Source: Antechinus flavipes
Lineage: Eukaryota
Length of the DNA stretch: 64,000 bases
NCBI RefSeq assembly: GCF_016432865.1
Contig: NC_067399.1
Location: forward strand, 3,596,001 to 3,660,000
Direction of reading: 5' to 3'
In this document: positions 1-11,333 of the stretch, piece by piece
Layout of the letters: each line of letters starts with the position of its first letter
How positions within the stretch are numbered: position 1 is the stretch's first letter
Position numbers and translations under genes: made by a program
The notes under the pieces: model-generated
What the model was told of the DNA's origin: nothing
The model's database searches: none
What the model saw: only the letters and a program-made list of their open reading frames with translations

Positions 1-189
1 CAACAGAGTATTTTCTATTTGATCCTAGAGGCCACAAGGAGCCACTTACTGTTGCTTAAAAAAACAGTAACAAAAACTGGAAAACACAGAGGGGACAAGG
101 ACTTTAATATAATAAGTAGTGTCTGCTTATCCAAGGACCAAGGAGCAGAATTGCACAGGATAGCTATAAACTAGAGTCCGTTCCAATGA

Positions 190-920
190 AATCAGAGGCA
201 AAGCAAAAATAGCTATTATTACCAGTATCATTTAATACAGAACTAGAAAAGCTAGCTAGAGCAATAAGACAACAAAGAAATTCAGGAATAAACATCAATA
301 AAGGGAAAACAACTGCAAATGACATGGTGGCTCACTTAGAGAATCCTCTAGAGTTCATTAAAAATTAACTGAAATGAATAACAACTCTGTCAAAGTTACA
401 GCATTTTTAAAATGAAATACACATAAATCATCAGAATATCTGTTTATTACCACCATAACCCGGCAGGAAGAGTCAGAAAAAGAAATTCTTTTCAAATTAA
501 TTACAGAATATATAAAATCTATCTAGCCAGAATCATAAGAACTGTACATATACAACTACAAAACACTTTATGAAAATAAAGATAGATTTAAATAATTGAA
601 GAAATATTCATTGTTCATGAGTAGGCTAAGCCAATATAATACAAATGACAATACTCCCTAAACTAATTTACTTATTGAGTGTCATACCATTCAAACTTGC
701 AAAGGATTCCTAGAGCTAGAAAAAAGAAATAAAATTTACATGGAAGAATTAAAGACCAAGAATCTCCTTAAATGAGGAAAAGTTTTTAAAGAGAAGGAAA
801 ACAAGAAGTAAACGATCTCAAACTATTATAAATCAATTAACTATCAACAATCTGGTAAGCAAGAGAGATTGATCAATGGAACGGACTGGTACACAACCTA
901 TACAAACAAATGAACATACC
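190..920 (+). mobile_element. Old L1 ORF2 fragment
   Basis: A-rich decayed L1 ORF2-like sequence, e.g. 'gctagctagagcaataagacaacaaag' and 'gattgatcaatggaac'. No open frame. Boundaries approximate. Confidence 0.75.
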
Positions 921-1345
921 ATTTTGTCTCTTGTGATTTCCCCACACTTTGCTTGATCATGGACTTGTGCCCTCTTTGTGGATATAATGGGTGATTTGTT
1001 TCATGATGTCAACTTTTAGGTCTAAATCGGGTGCTCAGGAACGTACTTTGTATGTGAACTGTTGGTTTACCTATTTTATTCTAAACTAATTTCTAGTTTT
1101 CCCAGAAGTTTAATTTAATTCTTGTCCCAATAGCTAAGGAAAGGGAATGTCTTTGGGTTTGTCAAACCTGAGACTATTGTGTTCATTTGTTTGTAAAAGT
1201 TGTATAGATAATCTGTTTTATTGCTCAACCTTTTTATTTCTTGCCAGATTGTCTTGATGATTATTGATTTATAATAGCTGTTAGTTATTTGGAATATTTT
1301 TATGCCAATATTGATGTGAATTTGTTTTTTAAAGCTGCCCATTCA
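921..1345 (-). mobile_element. Old L1 ORF2 fragment (antisense)
   Basis: The reverse complement contains 'tattataaatcaataatcatcaagacaatctgg' and 'tttgacaaacccaaag', typical of the L1 ORF2 post-RT region. Confidence 0.7.
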
Positions 1346-1359
1346 TATCTTTGGGTAGC

Positions 1360-2950
1360 TAAGTGGCACCATGGATAGCACACCAGGCCCGCCCATCATC
1401 ACTGGGTCAACTTCCTCTCCTCTCAGTTGCTTCTCAGCCTCTCGCTACCGGGCTTTCTCTTTTCCCTAAACTTCAGCCTTTATCCCTAACTGCTCAGTGT
1501 ACATTGCAAACTGGATGTCCCAGAGTCACGCTCAAAAATGTCACAATCTTCCCCCAAATCTTCTTGATGTCTGACCTTCCTTATTCTTGTTGAGGGTGAC
1601 CCCATCCTCCCAGTCTCCCTAGTTCAAAGTCTTACTATCATTCTCAGCTCCTCAGTCTCTCTCAACCCACTTTCTCAATCTGTTGTCAAACCCTGGCTTC
1701 TTGATGTGAGAGAATCCAAAGTTAAGTTTCCACAGTTTATTCTGTGATTTGTGATTCCTCTAAAACCTTGAGCAGATAGGTTTCCACAGAATGTTGTAAG
1801 CCTCAAGGTAATGTAAGATGTAAATCTCTCTGACCAATGAGCTTTCAGACGAGGAGATTCACTGGGTTCCAAACTTTTGATAAAGATATTTAGGCTAGAA
1901 ACTGGTTTAAACTGATCAGGTTCAAAGACCAGGAAAAGGCTTCTTTTTGTTGCATCTCCTTTATAAGCCTCATGTATATAAGCTGACACACTCTGCATAG
2001 AATTAGAACCTCATTAAGAGAACATGGAATGATGAGGGAAAAGGAAGATGTTTAGGAGCATCATTAACCCTAAGGGGAACAAACCAATCCATTCTTTGAG
2101 GGTCAGGAACTTCTATAGACTAACAGCATAAAGCTTCTGTACCAAGGGCTTCTTTTTCCCATTAGAAGGCGGAGCCTGCTTCTGGCTAGAAATGTCTTAG
2201 TTCTCTAAACTTTCTTTCTCAATAACATTACTTTGTTACCTGACTTTGGGAGTCAGCTTGTTTCTAACACTGACAATCCCAGACCCATTTCCTCCACTCA
2301 CATGACTACCATCACCCCTAGTGTGGAGCCTTCTCATCTCTTTCTTGGTCTATTGCAATGGTCCACGAGCTGATCTTCCTGTCTCAAAACTCTTCCCTCT
2401 CTTCTGTATCTATTCTCCACATACCTACCCAAGGGATAGGTCCCAGTCCTAGCCAATAAATTTGAATGAATCCCATCATTTTTAGGGCCAAATATAAACA
2501 CCTTTATATGACATTCAGTACCCCTCACAACCCAGACCCTGCCCTCTTTTCCAGCTTTAATATAAATCACTCCCCTTATTTATATTCCAAACAAAATGGC
2601 GCTCGTGCCGTTCCTCACACAGGATACTTCCCGTCCCAACTCTGTGACCTTCCATGGGCCATATTGGAATGCACATCTCCCTTCACTTCCCCCTTGGAAA
2701 TCTTTGTTTCTTTTCAAACTCAGACTGCACATCACCTTCTGCATGATCTTCACGGTGGCTTGGTGCCCCCACTCCAAGAGCATCATGTGTGAACTGTATA
2801 TAGATAGAAATCGATAAGGATGGACATGTAGACTGTGGATACCTCGATGCTGCTGTGATATCTCCTATGATACAATGGAAGCTCTTTGGGGTCAAAGATC
2901 GATTGATTTTTGACTTTGTGTCCCCAGTACCTGGGACTGTGCCCCCGGCC
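1360..2950 (+). mobile_element. L2 LINE 3' portion, interrupted at 1705-2269
   Basis: Pyrimidine-rich L2-like text ('caaactggatgtcccagagtcacgctcaa', 'caatctgttgtcaaaccctg') that resumes after 2270 and ends in an L2 tail ('tttgtgtccccagtacctgg'). Confidence 0.7.
1705..2269 (+). mobile_element. Probable solo LTR (ERV1-like)
   Basis: Starts with TG (tgtgag, 1705) and ends with CA (ctaaca, 2269). Contains CCAAT at 1834, TATATAA at 1975 and AATAAC at 2221. Near-TSD ttga/ctga. It cleanly interrupts an L2. Confidence 0.55.
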
Positions 2951-5204
2951 CTAAGCAGAATAAACAAGACATTTGGCAGCATTTGCCACTTTGTGACTGC
3001 ACTGGGACTTCATAGGATCAGATGGGCCGAGACCTCAGAGGCCATTTAGTCTAACACGCTTGCTTTTACAAAAGAGGAAACTGAGGCCCGGCCTGGTTAT
3101 CTCAGCTTCTTAGGCACTTCCAGGTTTGAAGTCAGGGTCGATTTAAAAGCCCTCTTCCAGAAGTGTTTCCTGAGAGAAAGTTGAAGGTAAAGTTTAGATG
3201 CAAAGAAATGCCCAAGCTTTCCTTCGAATGTCCTGCTCTGAAGAGGAGCATTAAAGAACCGGATTTCCCTGCTCTGTCCTCTGGCTAACCCGGATTGGAG
3301 CTGGGCTAGCAGACGCATCTCCGCGAGCGTGGAGATGGCTCCGTCCCATCTCACATGGGCCCAATTAGGAAAGCGTGAGCTTTTGAAGTGGGACCATAAA
3401 TCTGCAAACAGCCACTGGGAAGAACACTGAGGCTGCACATTTTAAAAATTCACACTGTCTACACGAACAGCGTTCCGTCAGGATTAGACCCACAGAATAC
3501 AGCTGGGAGGGGGCTGCCAGTAGCAGTGGTCCAGTAGCCCTGCCCTCCACTTACAGAGGACACTGAGGCAAAAGCAGGGAAGACCATTCAATCGACAAGC
3601 ATTTATTAAGCACCTACCATGTTCCTGGCACTGAGCTCAGGGCTCTAATAAACACTGACTCTGTGGCTCTGGTAGCTCAGTTTTTCAGCACCCCAGGCAG
3701 TGCTCTAAGAAGATGAACCTCAGAGAGCGTGCCAATCCACCGAAGGGAATCTCCTCATCTGGGAGAGCCCCGTATCGATGAAATCACAGCTTTGATTCCT
3801 CTCCCTTTATGCCCGGCCCTGTGCCGGACGTCACAGATGCAAAGACAAAAGTAAATGAAGCATTCTCTCCTAGGCAAGGCCAGGTTGTGCAAGGTGTGTG
3901 TGTGTGGGGGGGAATAGATTTTGTAAGCTCTGATTTGTACGGGTTGAGTTTGAGGTGTCCACATATATCCCATCCGAGACATCCCATGATTCAGCTGGAC
4001 ATGAGACCGAAGAGACAAAATGGCGACAGGCTGTTGCCCAACCAGCTGAGTCCAAGGGATTCCTTTGCCAGTTCAGAGCCTCCTGCTGCCAAGGGGTCAG
4101 CGGCATCTTGGGCAGAAGCTGGGACTTAGGGGCTCCCGCCGTATCTCCATAACTTGGCAGCCAGAGATGCAGACAAAGTTAGGGCTAGGATGCCACTGAA
4201 CGGCAGGGAGGTCCCTGGTGCTCTCCCTTGCTCAGTGGTACCCTGAGTGACACGCCGAGTGGTACGTGCACACAGTGGTGTGTGTGGACCACAAAGAGCC
4301 CCTTCTCAAGAGTGCTCTCCCTTGCCCGATAAGAGGACGATTGTGGGTGGCTAGACCGGGGATCCAGCATCACCTCCATGACCCCAGCCACAGTTGTGGG
4401 GGAGGGCTCAGACATTATCCCCACACAATAAGAAGCTATCAACTACCAATCAACAAAACACTTTTCAGCACCTCCTATGTAACAAGCTCATGTACACATG
4501 GCTTTATGTAGTGTCTAAAAGGCAGGACAGGCTGTTGTTTGTCCTTTTTATTAGACTCAAAGACATTATGAGGTGGTCTTGATTTGCTGGTGAATTGGAT
4601 TTAAGTGAAGCAGAACTCTGTCAAACCAGCTGGACCCAACGATTCCTTCACCGGTTCAAAGTCGTCAGCCTCCCTCTCTCTTCCAGAGGCATCGAAGTGC
4701 AGTGGCAGGACAGGTTAGGATGACTGGCGATAGCCCAGGAGGCGCTGGATGACCTCAATATCTTTGATGTCCGAGCACTCCCTAGCTCCTGCCCATTCTC
4801 TTGAGTGGAGGAAGTCTTCACTTGCTTAGGGCTGCCATCCCCCTAACTCACCGAAGGGTCTGAGGTCCTTCAGTTACCCTCAGCCTCAGTTAGCCCATCT
4901 GCCAAGACAGTTTGCCGGCATGTGGCTGCTGTGGGTGCCATGGCTGCTGTGGGTGCCGCAGCTTCTTGGAGCCACAGCCGGGAGTTGGGCACGGGTGAAC
5001 GTGGAAGGCAGATGGACGGCCCTCCCACCAGAAGTGCTAGTGCTCCCTAAACATCCCATACACCCCAGGGTGAGCTACCTTTCAGGCAGTCAGAAAGAAA
5101 AGAGAAAAAAAAGGTGAGTTTGAAAGAAGCTTCTAGATCTGCTGGATCACCCAACCCTTAACCCAATGGTTTGCAAGCCTGCTTTTAATAATGAGGGGAT
5201 GCGA

Positions 5205-5420
5205 TATATAGTGTTGAGCCTGCCATTAGGATGATCTAAGTTCAAATATAGCTTCAGACACTTAGCTGAATGCTCCTGAGCAACCCACTTAACTTATTTA
5301 GCTCAGTTTCCTCAACTCTAAAATGGGGATAATAACATCACCTTCCTTCCAGGGTTGTTTCACGGATTCAATGGGATACTATATGTAAAGTGCTTAGCAC
5401 TGTGCCTGGCACACAGCAGG
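5205..5420 (+). mobile_element. MIR/CORE-SINE
   Basis: CORE motif 'ctcagtttcctcaactctaaaatggggataataac' and tail 'aaagtgcttagcactgtgcctggcaca'. Confidence 0.85.
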
Positions 5421-5639
5421 GATTTAGGTTCCCTTTTTTCCTTCTTTTAGAAGCTAAACCTTGAGTGCTATGAAATTTCACTACACTTAGAATTGGCTTT
5501 TGATGCAAAACCAAATCAAGATCCTTACCAAGCTGGTCCCATGTGGTTCTACTTGTTATTATATAAATTATTCTTCTGATTCTACTTACTTCATTCTGTA
5601 TCGGTTCTTATAAGTTTCACTGAAATCATTTCTTTCAAC

Positions 5640-5870
5640 TTTTCTACTCTTCTCCTCCCTCCATCTCCAACACTTGCTTTTCCTTTGAACATAGATGGTC
5701 TTCACTGCCACAGAATATATTCTCTTTTTCCTGCCTCTGTATCCTTCTACTATAATCCTTCCCATTGGAATATGAACTCCTTGAGAATCTTTCTTTGTAT
5801 TTCTAACACTTAATACATTGCCTAGCACAAAGTAAGTACTTACTAAATGTTTATTGGCTGACTGACTGAT
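5640..5870 (+). mobile_element. L2 3' end
   Basis: Tail 'tgcctagcacaaagtaagtacttactaaatgtttattggctgactga'. Confidence 0.7.
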
Positions 5871-5914
5871 TCACTAAGCAAAATTTGGAATTTGGATTTC
5901 ACAAGGCTTGGTTT

Positions 5915-7350
5915 TATATTTTTGTTTAATTTTTTTTTAATTCAGAATTTAACAAATGTGAAAAAGAATATTTGCACATACAAAATAGCACAGAAAGGGG
6001 GATTGTATGCAAAACCACAAAATTCTATTACAGTTTACTTTTTCCAAAAAAAGGTGTATAATTAATTCAACATGTTACTTTGAAAGCTATTCTGTTCATT
6101 TATGTCTCCTTCTGAATTTCTGTCCTCTTATAAGCACTAAAAACATGTTCCAATGTGTTACTTAACACTTCTTTTTTAAAAATATTATTGCTACTCATTT
6201 TTCCCCTCAAATTCTCCACAACCTTAGGGGGCAAAATTTAAAAAAAAAAAACACAACCCTTATAACAAATAAGTACAATCAAGATAAACAATCACACATA
6301 GTTGTCGTGTCCAAAGACGTCTGATTCTGTACTCTCGAGTCCCATCATTTCTGACAAGAATCAGGTAGCACACTTCATTAATAGTAGTTTGATTGCAGCT
6401 GGTCATTACATTGATCAGAGTTTCAATGTCTTTTGGAGTTGATTTTCTTTATAATATACTTGTTATTGTATAAATTATTCTCTTGATTCTGTTTACTTTA
6501 TTCTGTATTGATTCACACAAGTTCCCCCGAAACAATCTCTTTTACAATTTCTTATGGCAAAATAATATTCCATTATTTTCAGTTAATATATCTTTTTTCA
6601 GTCATTCCCTAATATATGGGTACCCCTCTTTTTTCCAGTTCTTTGCTTTTTCTTAATTGTTGGTGTTTCTCTTAATTCTTGTATTTGCCTTTCAAAATTA
6701 TCTACTCAGAAATTCTTGGAAATACTTTATTTTATGACAAATCCATCTTTCCCTCAATTCTGCTCACTAGATTATTTTTAGTTATAAATCTTCACAGTTA
6801 CCTTCTGAAGAAATGTATTCCAAGCTCTCCTCTCCTTTAAAGTAGTAGCTTTCAGGTCTTGTGCGATCCTGACTGTGGTTCTTCAATATTTGAACTCTTT
6901 CTGGCAGCTTAGAGCATTTCCTCACCTATAATCTAGAAGTTATGGATTTTGGCTATGACAAACCTAAGAGCTTTACATTTTAATTTATTTCAAGAGATGA
7001 CCAGTGATATTCTACTTTCACTTTGACCTCTGATTCTAACAGATTTACATAGTTTTGACTCCTATTTCTTGAAATATTCTACCCACACTTTTATGGTCAA
7101 AATTTTCGGTTGAGATAATAATTCCTAGATAATCTCTTCTTGACCTTTTTTCCCCCTGGTTAATTGTCTTTAAGAAAAGCTACCTTATATTTTCTTCTTT
7201 TTTTCCTTTAATTTTTAATTTTTGTTGTAATAGTTTTTTCTCATGAAGTCACTGATTTCTGTCTGGCCCAATCTAATTTTCAAGGCACCTGTTATTTAAG
7301 TAAATTTTTGCACTTCCTACACTGCACTGCTTGCTCTACTTTTCTCTTTC
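5915..7350 (-). mobile_element. L1-derived element: 3' UTR/ORF2 tip joined directly to ORF1-like sequence
   Basis: T-rich tail and marsupial L1 3' end at 5915-6650 ('gtcattccctaatatatgggtacccc...ccagttctttgc'). From about 6664 the sequence is ORF1-like ('tttcaggtcttgtgcgatcctgactgtggttcttcaatatttgaactc'). Confidence 0.7.
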
Positions 7351-8744
7351 CACCTTTCTAGTCTTCTAAAATTTAACTCCTTTCTGCTCAATCCCATTGA
7401 TCTATTTGTTACTCCTCACATACGGCAGGCACTCCACTTTTCATCTCTGTGATTTTACCCTGGTCATACCCACAACTAGAATGTTCTACTGCCCCTTCAT
7501 CTCTGCCTCCTAGCTTCTCTGGTTTCCTCCAAAACTCAGTTCAAATTCCACTGGAGAAAGTCCTTTCTGGTTCTCCTGCTGATTTTTGTCATCTTCCTTT
7601 GGAGTTCCTCTTCCCCCTACTCCAACTCTTTCATGCATACGGTTTGGCTTCCGTTCACTGTTTCAGTTTGAGGGACTCCTTTGGGGTATTTATTTTTAAC
7701 ATTTTCCATCCCTATCAATGAATTCTTTCGGAATAAGAAATAGCATCGCCTCCCCCCAGATCTAGTTATTTGCAATAACTTCTCATTCCTATCTTTACAA
7801 TATGTCTTGTATCTATCTCCATTTAAGTACAGGGCAGGTACAAGAGAACTCAGGGTGAAAGAGGTTCACATATAAGTGAACAGAAGATGTATTTGGGACA
7901 CAGGTGGAACCAGGGATTTCACTAATATGAAACTCCCTCCAACAAGGCTGGGGCAGCATCTTCTCCCTGGACACTGAGCAACTTGTCATGGATGGGCCTT
8001 GAGGGGACCTTTCTGTGGCTCTGGCGCCAGCTGTCTCTCCACTCCTTATCCTATGCCGCCACAATGACTTGAGGCAGGCTCCGTGAAGGCGATCGTGTTT
8101 TAGCTGTGCCTTGAAGAGATCCAGGGGTTCCATGAGACAGAGGTGAACAGGAAGAGCATTCCAAGAATAAGGGGCAGACTATGCAAAGGCTCAGAGGTGG
8201 GAGATTGGAACGTCATGTGTGGAGCCAAAGAGAACAATCCATCATTCCAATGACAACCTTTCAAGGGGTTATTTTTAACCTTTTGAAGCAAAGAGCAGCC
8301 CCCCGGCCCTGAGGGAATGCAGAGGCCTCGTTTCCATAGGAACGCATCCCCTCACCCATCCCTCATCCTTTTGGACTCTTTTTGTAGCGTATGCTTCTCA
8401 TAATGAAGGGCTTCTCTTAGTGACCTGGTATTTATTTTATTTATTCTTGTTTTAAAAAAGAGCAGATGTGATGGAGTGAATGCGAGCTTTTGGTCTAATA
8501 AAGTGCTGTCACAGCCTTCATGGAGTGCAGACTGGGAGCGGGCCTTGGGGGCCCAGCACTTATTCTCTTGATAAATTGAAAACTTTATTCTCTGTCATTG
8601 TGATGAGGGGATGAACTCTAGGTTGGGCCTTTGGCCCCTACAGGACTTCCAAAGAGGGACCAAGAGTTGATTTTACCTTTCTGTACTTCCTTGCAGTTTA
8701 GCACATAGTGAGTATTTAATTAAGTGCTTATTGACAAAGTGAAG

Positions 8745-9075
8745 TTGATTTTTTGAACCCATGTGTAAGAATTTACATTTATCTCTATTAAGTTTCATTT
8801 TAAACAAGTCAGCCCCATGTTCTAGCCCAGTGTGTTTCTTGTGTAACCAATAAGCATTGAAGCAGGGAGTAGAGTCCAGGTCTTTTCATTATAAGTGTTT
8901 TTCCTCTGCATCATGATGGCTTTTCAAATCAATAACTTGGCTATTCAACTGTGTGTGCATTTTGTTGAGAGACTTTGTAAATGCTCCCGTGGGATAAGTT
9001 TCTGAGCTGCTTCTTTCACAGACAAGAACAATCAGAGAAATTCTACCAGTCGATACACATTTTATAACCAATTCC
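8745..9075 (-). mobile_element. L3/CR1 LINE fragment
   Basis: 'aatttacatttatctctattaagtttcatttt...ccccatgttctagccc' resembles L3 antisense text. Confidence 0.55.
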
Positions 9076-9926
9076 ATTTTTCTTGCCTTCTCAATGGGTT
9101 AGTGGCAGGAGGGGAGAGCATGCAGATCTAAAAAATAAAATACAATTAAGTTTTAAAAAAAGAAAAAGGAAGAACTGCGCCTGAGAGCATGGTAAAAGTG
9201 TGTGGTTGCATGTATGTGTGCACACCAGACACTGATAGATACTCGGGATTCGCACGTGACTGCACATGCTTGCCTCAAGTGACTTTCCTACTGATGAGGC
9301 ACCCAGGGGAATCGGGAGGAGAGCTGAATCCCACTTGCCACCTGAAAATTGTTGAACTTTAGGGAGGTCATGACCCCTTCTCTGGGTCTCTGATGCTTTG
9401 GGATGAACCAACAATGTGTAAGATGCCTTTAGCTCTGACTTCATCAGTTAAGGATGTTCTAGGCTCCATCTTCCAGCTCTGACATCCCCTGTTTCCAGAC
9501 CATTTCTAGCTCAGATAACCTATGTTCTAGATATCAAACTCCCTCTTATCTCTGCTGTTCTTGGATCTCTCCCCCCTCTGTCATTCTCTGTGCTCCTTAA
9601 ATGTCTCTAACGTTTTCTTTGTCATGTTCTGAGCTCCCTCTTAGCTCTGACATTCTAGGCTGTGATGGATGGATTAACAGGCTAGTGATTGCTGCCTTCT
9701 TCAGCCCAGGAGGGGAGAAACTATCAATGAAGACTGTTTTCTCCCTAACCCCGACAATACCCCTGTTGCTGTAGGAGATGGCGATGCTGTTTCCTCCCGA
9801 AAAACCCACTATCTGATAGAACTCGGTGTCTGGGGAGGGGGGGTGGATACTTCTAAAACATTTTCCCCTTCCCGGGTTCTGGGGCCACAGAGCAGAAGAG
9901 CCCTCCTGTCCTCCTCCTTTTCTGCT

Positions 9927-9989
9927 TCCTCCTCCTCCTCCTCCTCCTCCTCCTCCTCCTTTTCCTCCTCCTCCTCCTCCTCCTCCTCC
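9927..9989. repeat. (TCC)n microsatellite with one interruption
   Basis: Directly visible. It produces the poly-P/poly-S/poly-G/poly-R ORFs in the track. Confidence 0.97.
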
Positions 9990-10049
9990 CCATCTCCCTG
10001 TGCACATCCAGCCAGTCGAAGGGGATGACATCACAGGCTGCCCCAGTTG

Positions 10050-10950
10050 CCAAGATACACTGCCCAGAAATGTTTTCACATGGTTACATTTTCTGCAAAT
10101 TACTGCTTTCGGGGTATAAATCAGAGTAATTGTTTAAATCAGAAGGACGGTTCAAACAGATTTACAGCGCTCACATCAAACGGGCAGCGGGCCTTGCGGC
10201 TTCCCGGGCCCTGGGCGGCTGCTCGCGGAGGCTCCCCGGCCGCCGGCCTGCGGAACTGTCGCTTGTCAGTCCCCGGGAGTGTTTACATTAGCGCTGCTCC
10301 GGCAGAGAAAATATATATTGGAAGAGGAAGACGGGAATCCAGCTCCCAAGAAGCTTTCTGAAACAGCGGAGTCATCTCGGCTCAAGTGAAACCAGATGTC
10401 TGCTTAAAGGGAAAGCCGATCGGCTCTTCTAATTACGCTCGCTGGTTGGGCCACCGGGAATAGCCGCATGTGGCAGAATGAGCTGATTAAAATCAAAGCC
10501 CCCACCCCCACCCCCACCCCCTCCAGCAGGGAAAGTAATCAACAGCTCCGAGGCCTGCAGAGGACATCCCAGCGTGGCCCGGTGTGGCCGCTCCGGGGGC
10601 GCATGTAGGTCTCCCACCTTACGCTTGTCCACAGCGCGGACCACGGATTCTCGGGGCACAGGAGGGACCTCGCGGGTCCCAGAGGCCCGAGACTTTAGCA
10701 CGGGGTGGGTGGCAGGGAGGGAAAGAAAGGGGGGACATTCACCTCCCTTCCAAAGCTTCCCTTCAGGACCGGGACAAGCACCGATCCAGCTCCTGCGGGA
10801 GAGCCCCAAGACGGGGAGCCCCCACTTCGCTCTTTGTCCGGGAAGTTCTCCCCACGCGGGAGCCGAAATGTGCCTCTCTGCCCCTCCCCCCCTTGGCTTT
10901 GCCCGAGGCCGCTAAGACCAAATTTAGGATGGTTTTTTCAGTCCCTTCGA
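10050..10950. promoter_or_regulatory. CpG-rich island with enhancer-like motif cluster
   Basis: High CpG density and no transposon text. Motifs: TAATTG 10127, TGTTTAC 10280, TAATTA 10430, ATCAAAG 10492. Confidence 0.6.
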
Positions 10951-11162
10951 ATAATTGATCTGCACCCAGTCTTTTCCAGACTAACCATCCCCACTTGCTC
11001 GCCCGTCCCCACTAGGCCGGAACTTCAGGCTCTTCCTCGCCCTGCTTGCCTGGGATGTGCTGGGGACCTGTGAGCCCTGGACATTGCGCCTTGTAGGTGT
11101 CCTTCTCAAACTGGGCCTGCAATCCTGCAGATGTGGTCCTACCAGGGCAGAGGGTGGCCCCG

Positions 11163-11333
11163 GGGAGCCTCGTACAGTCTCCGGGAACCTCATGCTGCCT
11201 CCAGGAGTCTCGTGCGGCCTCCAGTAACTTCATGCAGCCTCCAAGAATCTCATGTGGTTGCCAGGAGTCTCGTGTGCCCTCTGGGAGCCTCCCGTGGCCT
11301 CCGGGAACCTCGTGTGGCCTTGGGAAGCCTCAT
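11163..11333. repeat. Degenerate 20-bp minisatellite, about 8.5 copies
   Basis: Consensus about RGGARYCTCRTGYRGCCTCC, with an exact 20-bp period visible in column alignment. Confidence 0.9.

Noticed and set aside
9597-10119. Poly-Pro/poly-Gly/poly-Arg ORFs (formin- or protamine-like look)
   Set aside because: Generated by the (TCC)n microsatellite.
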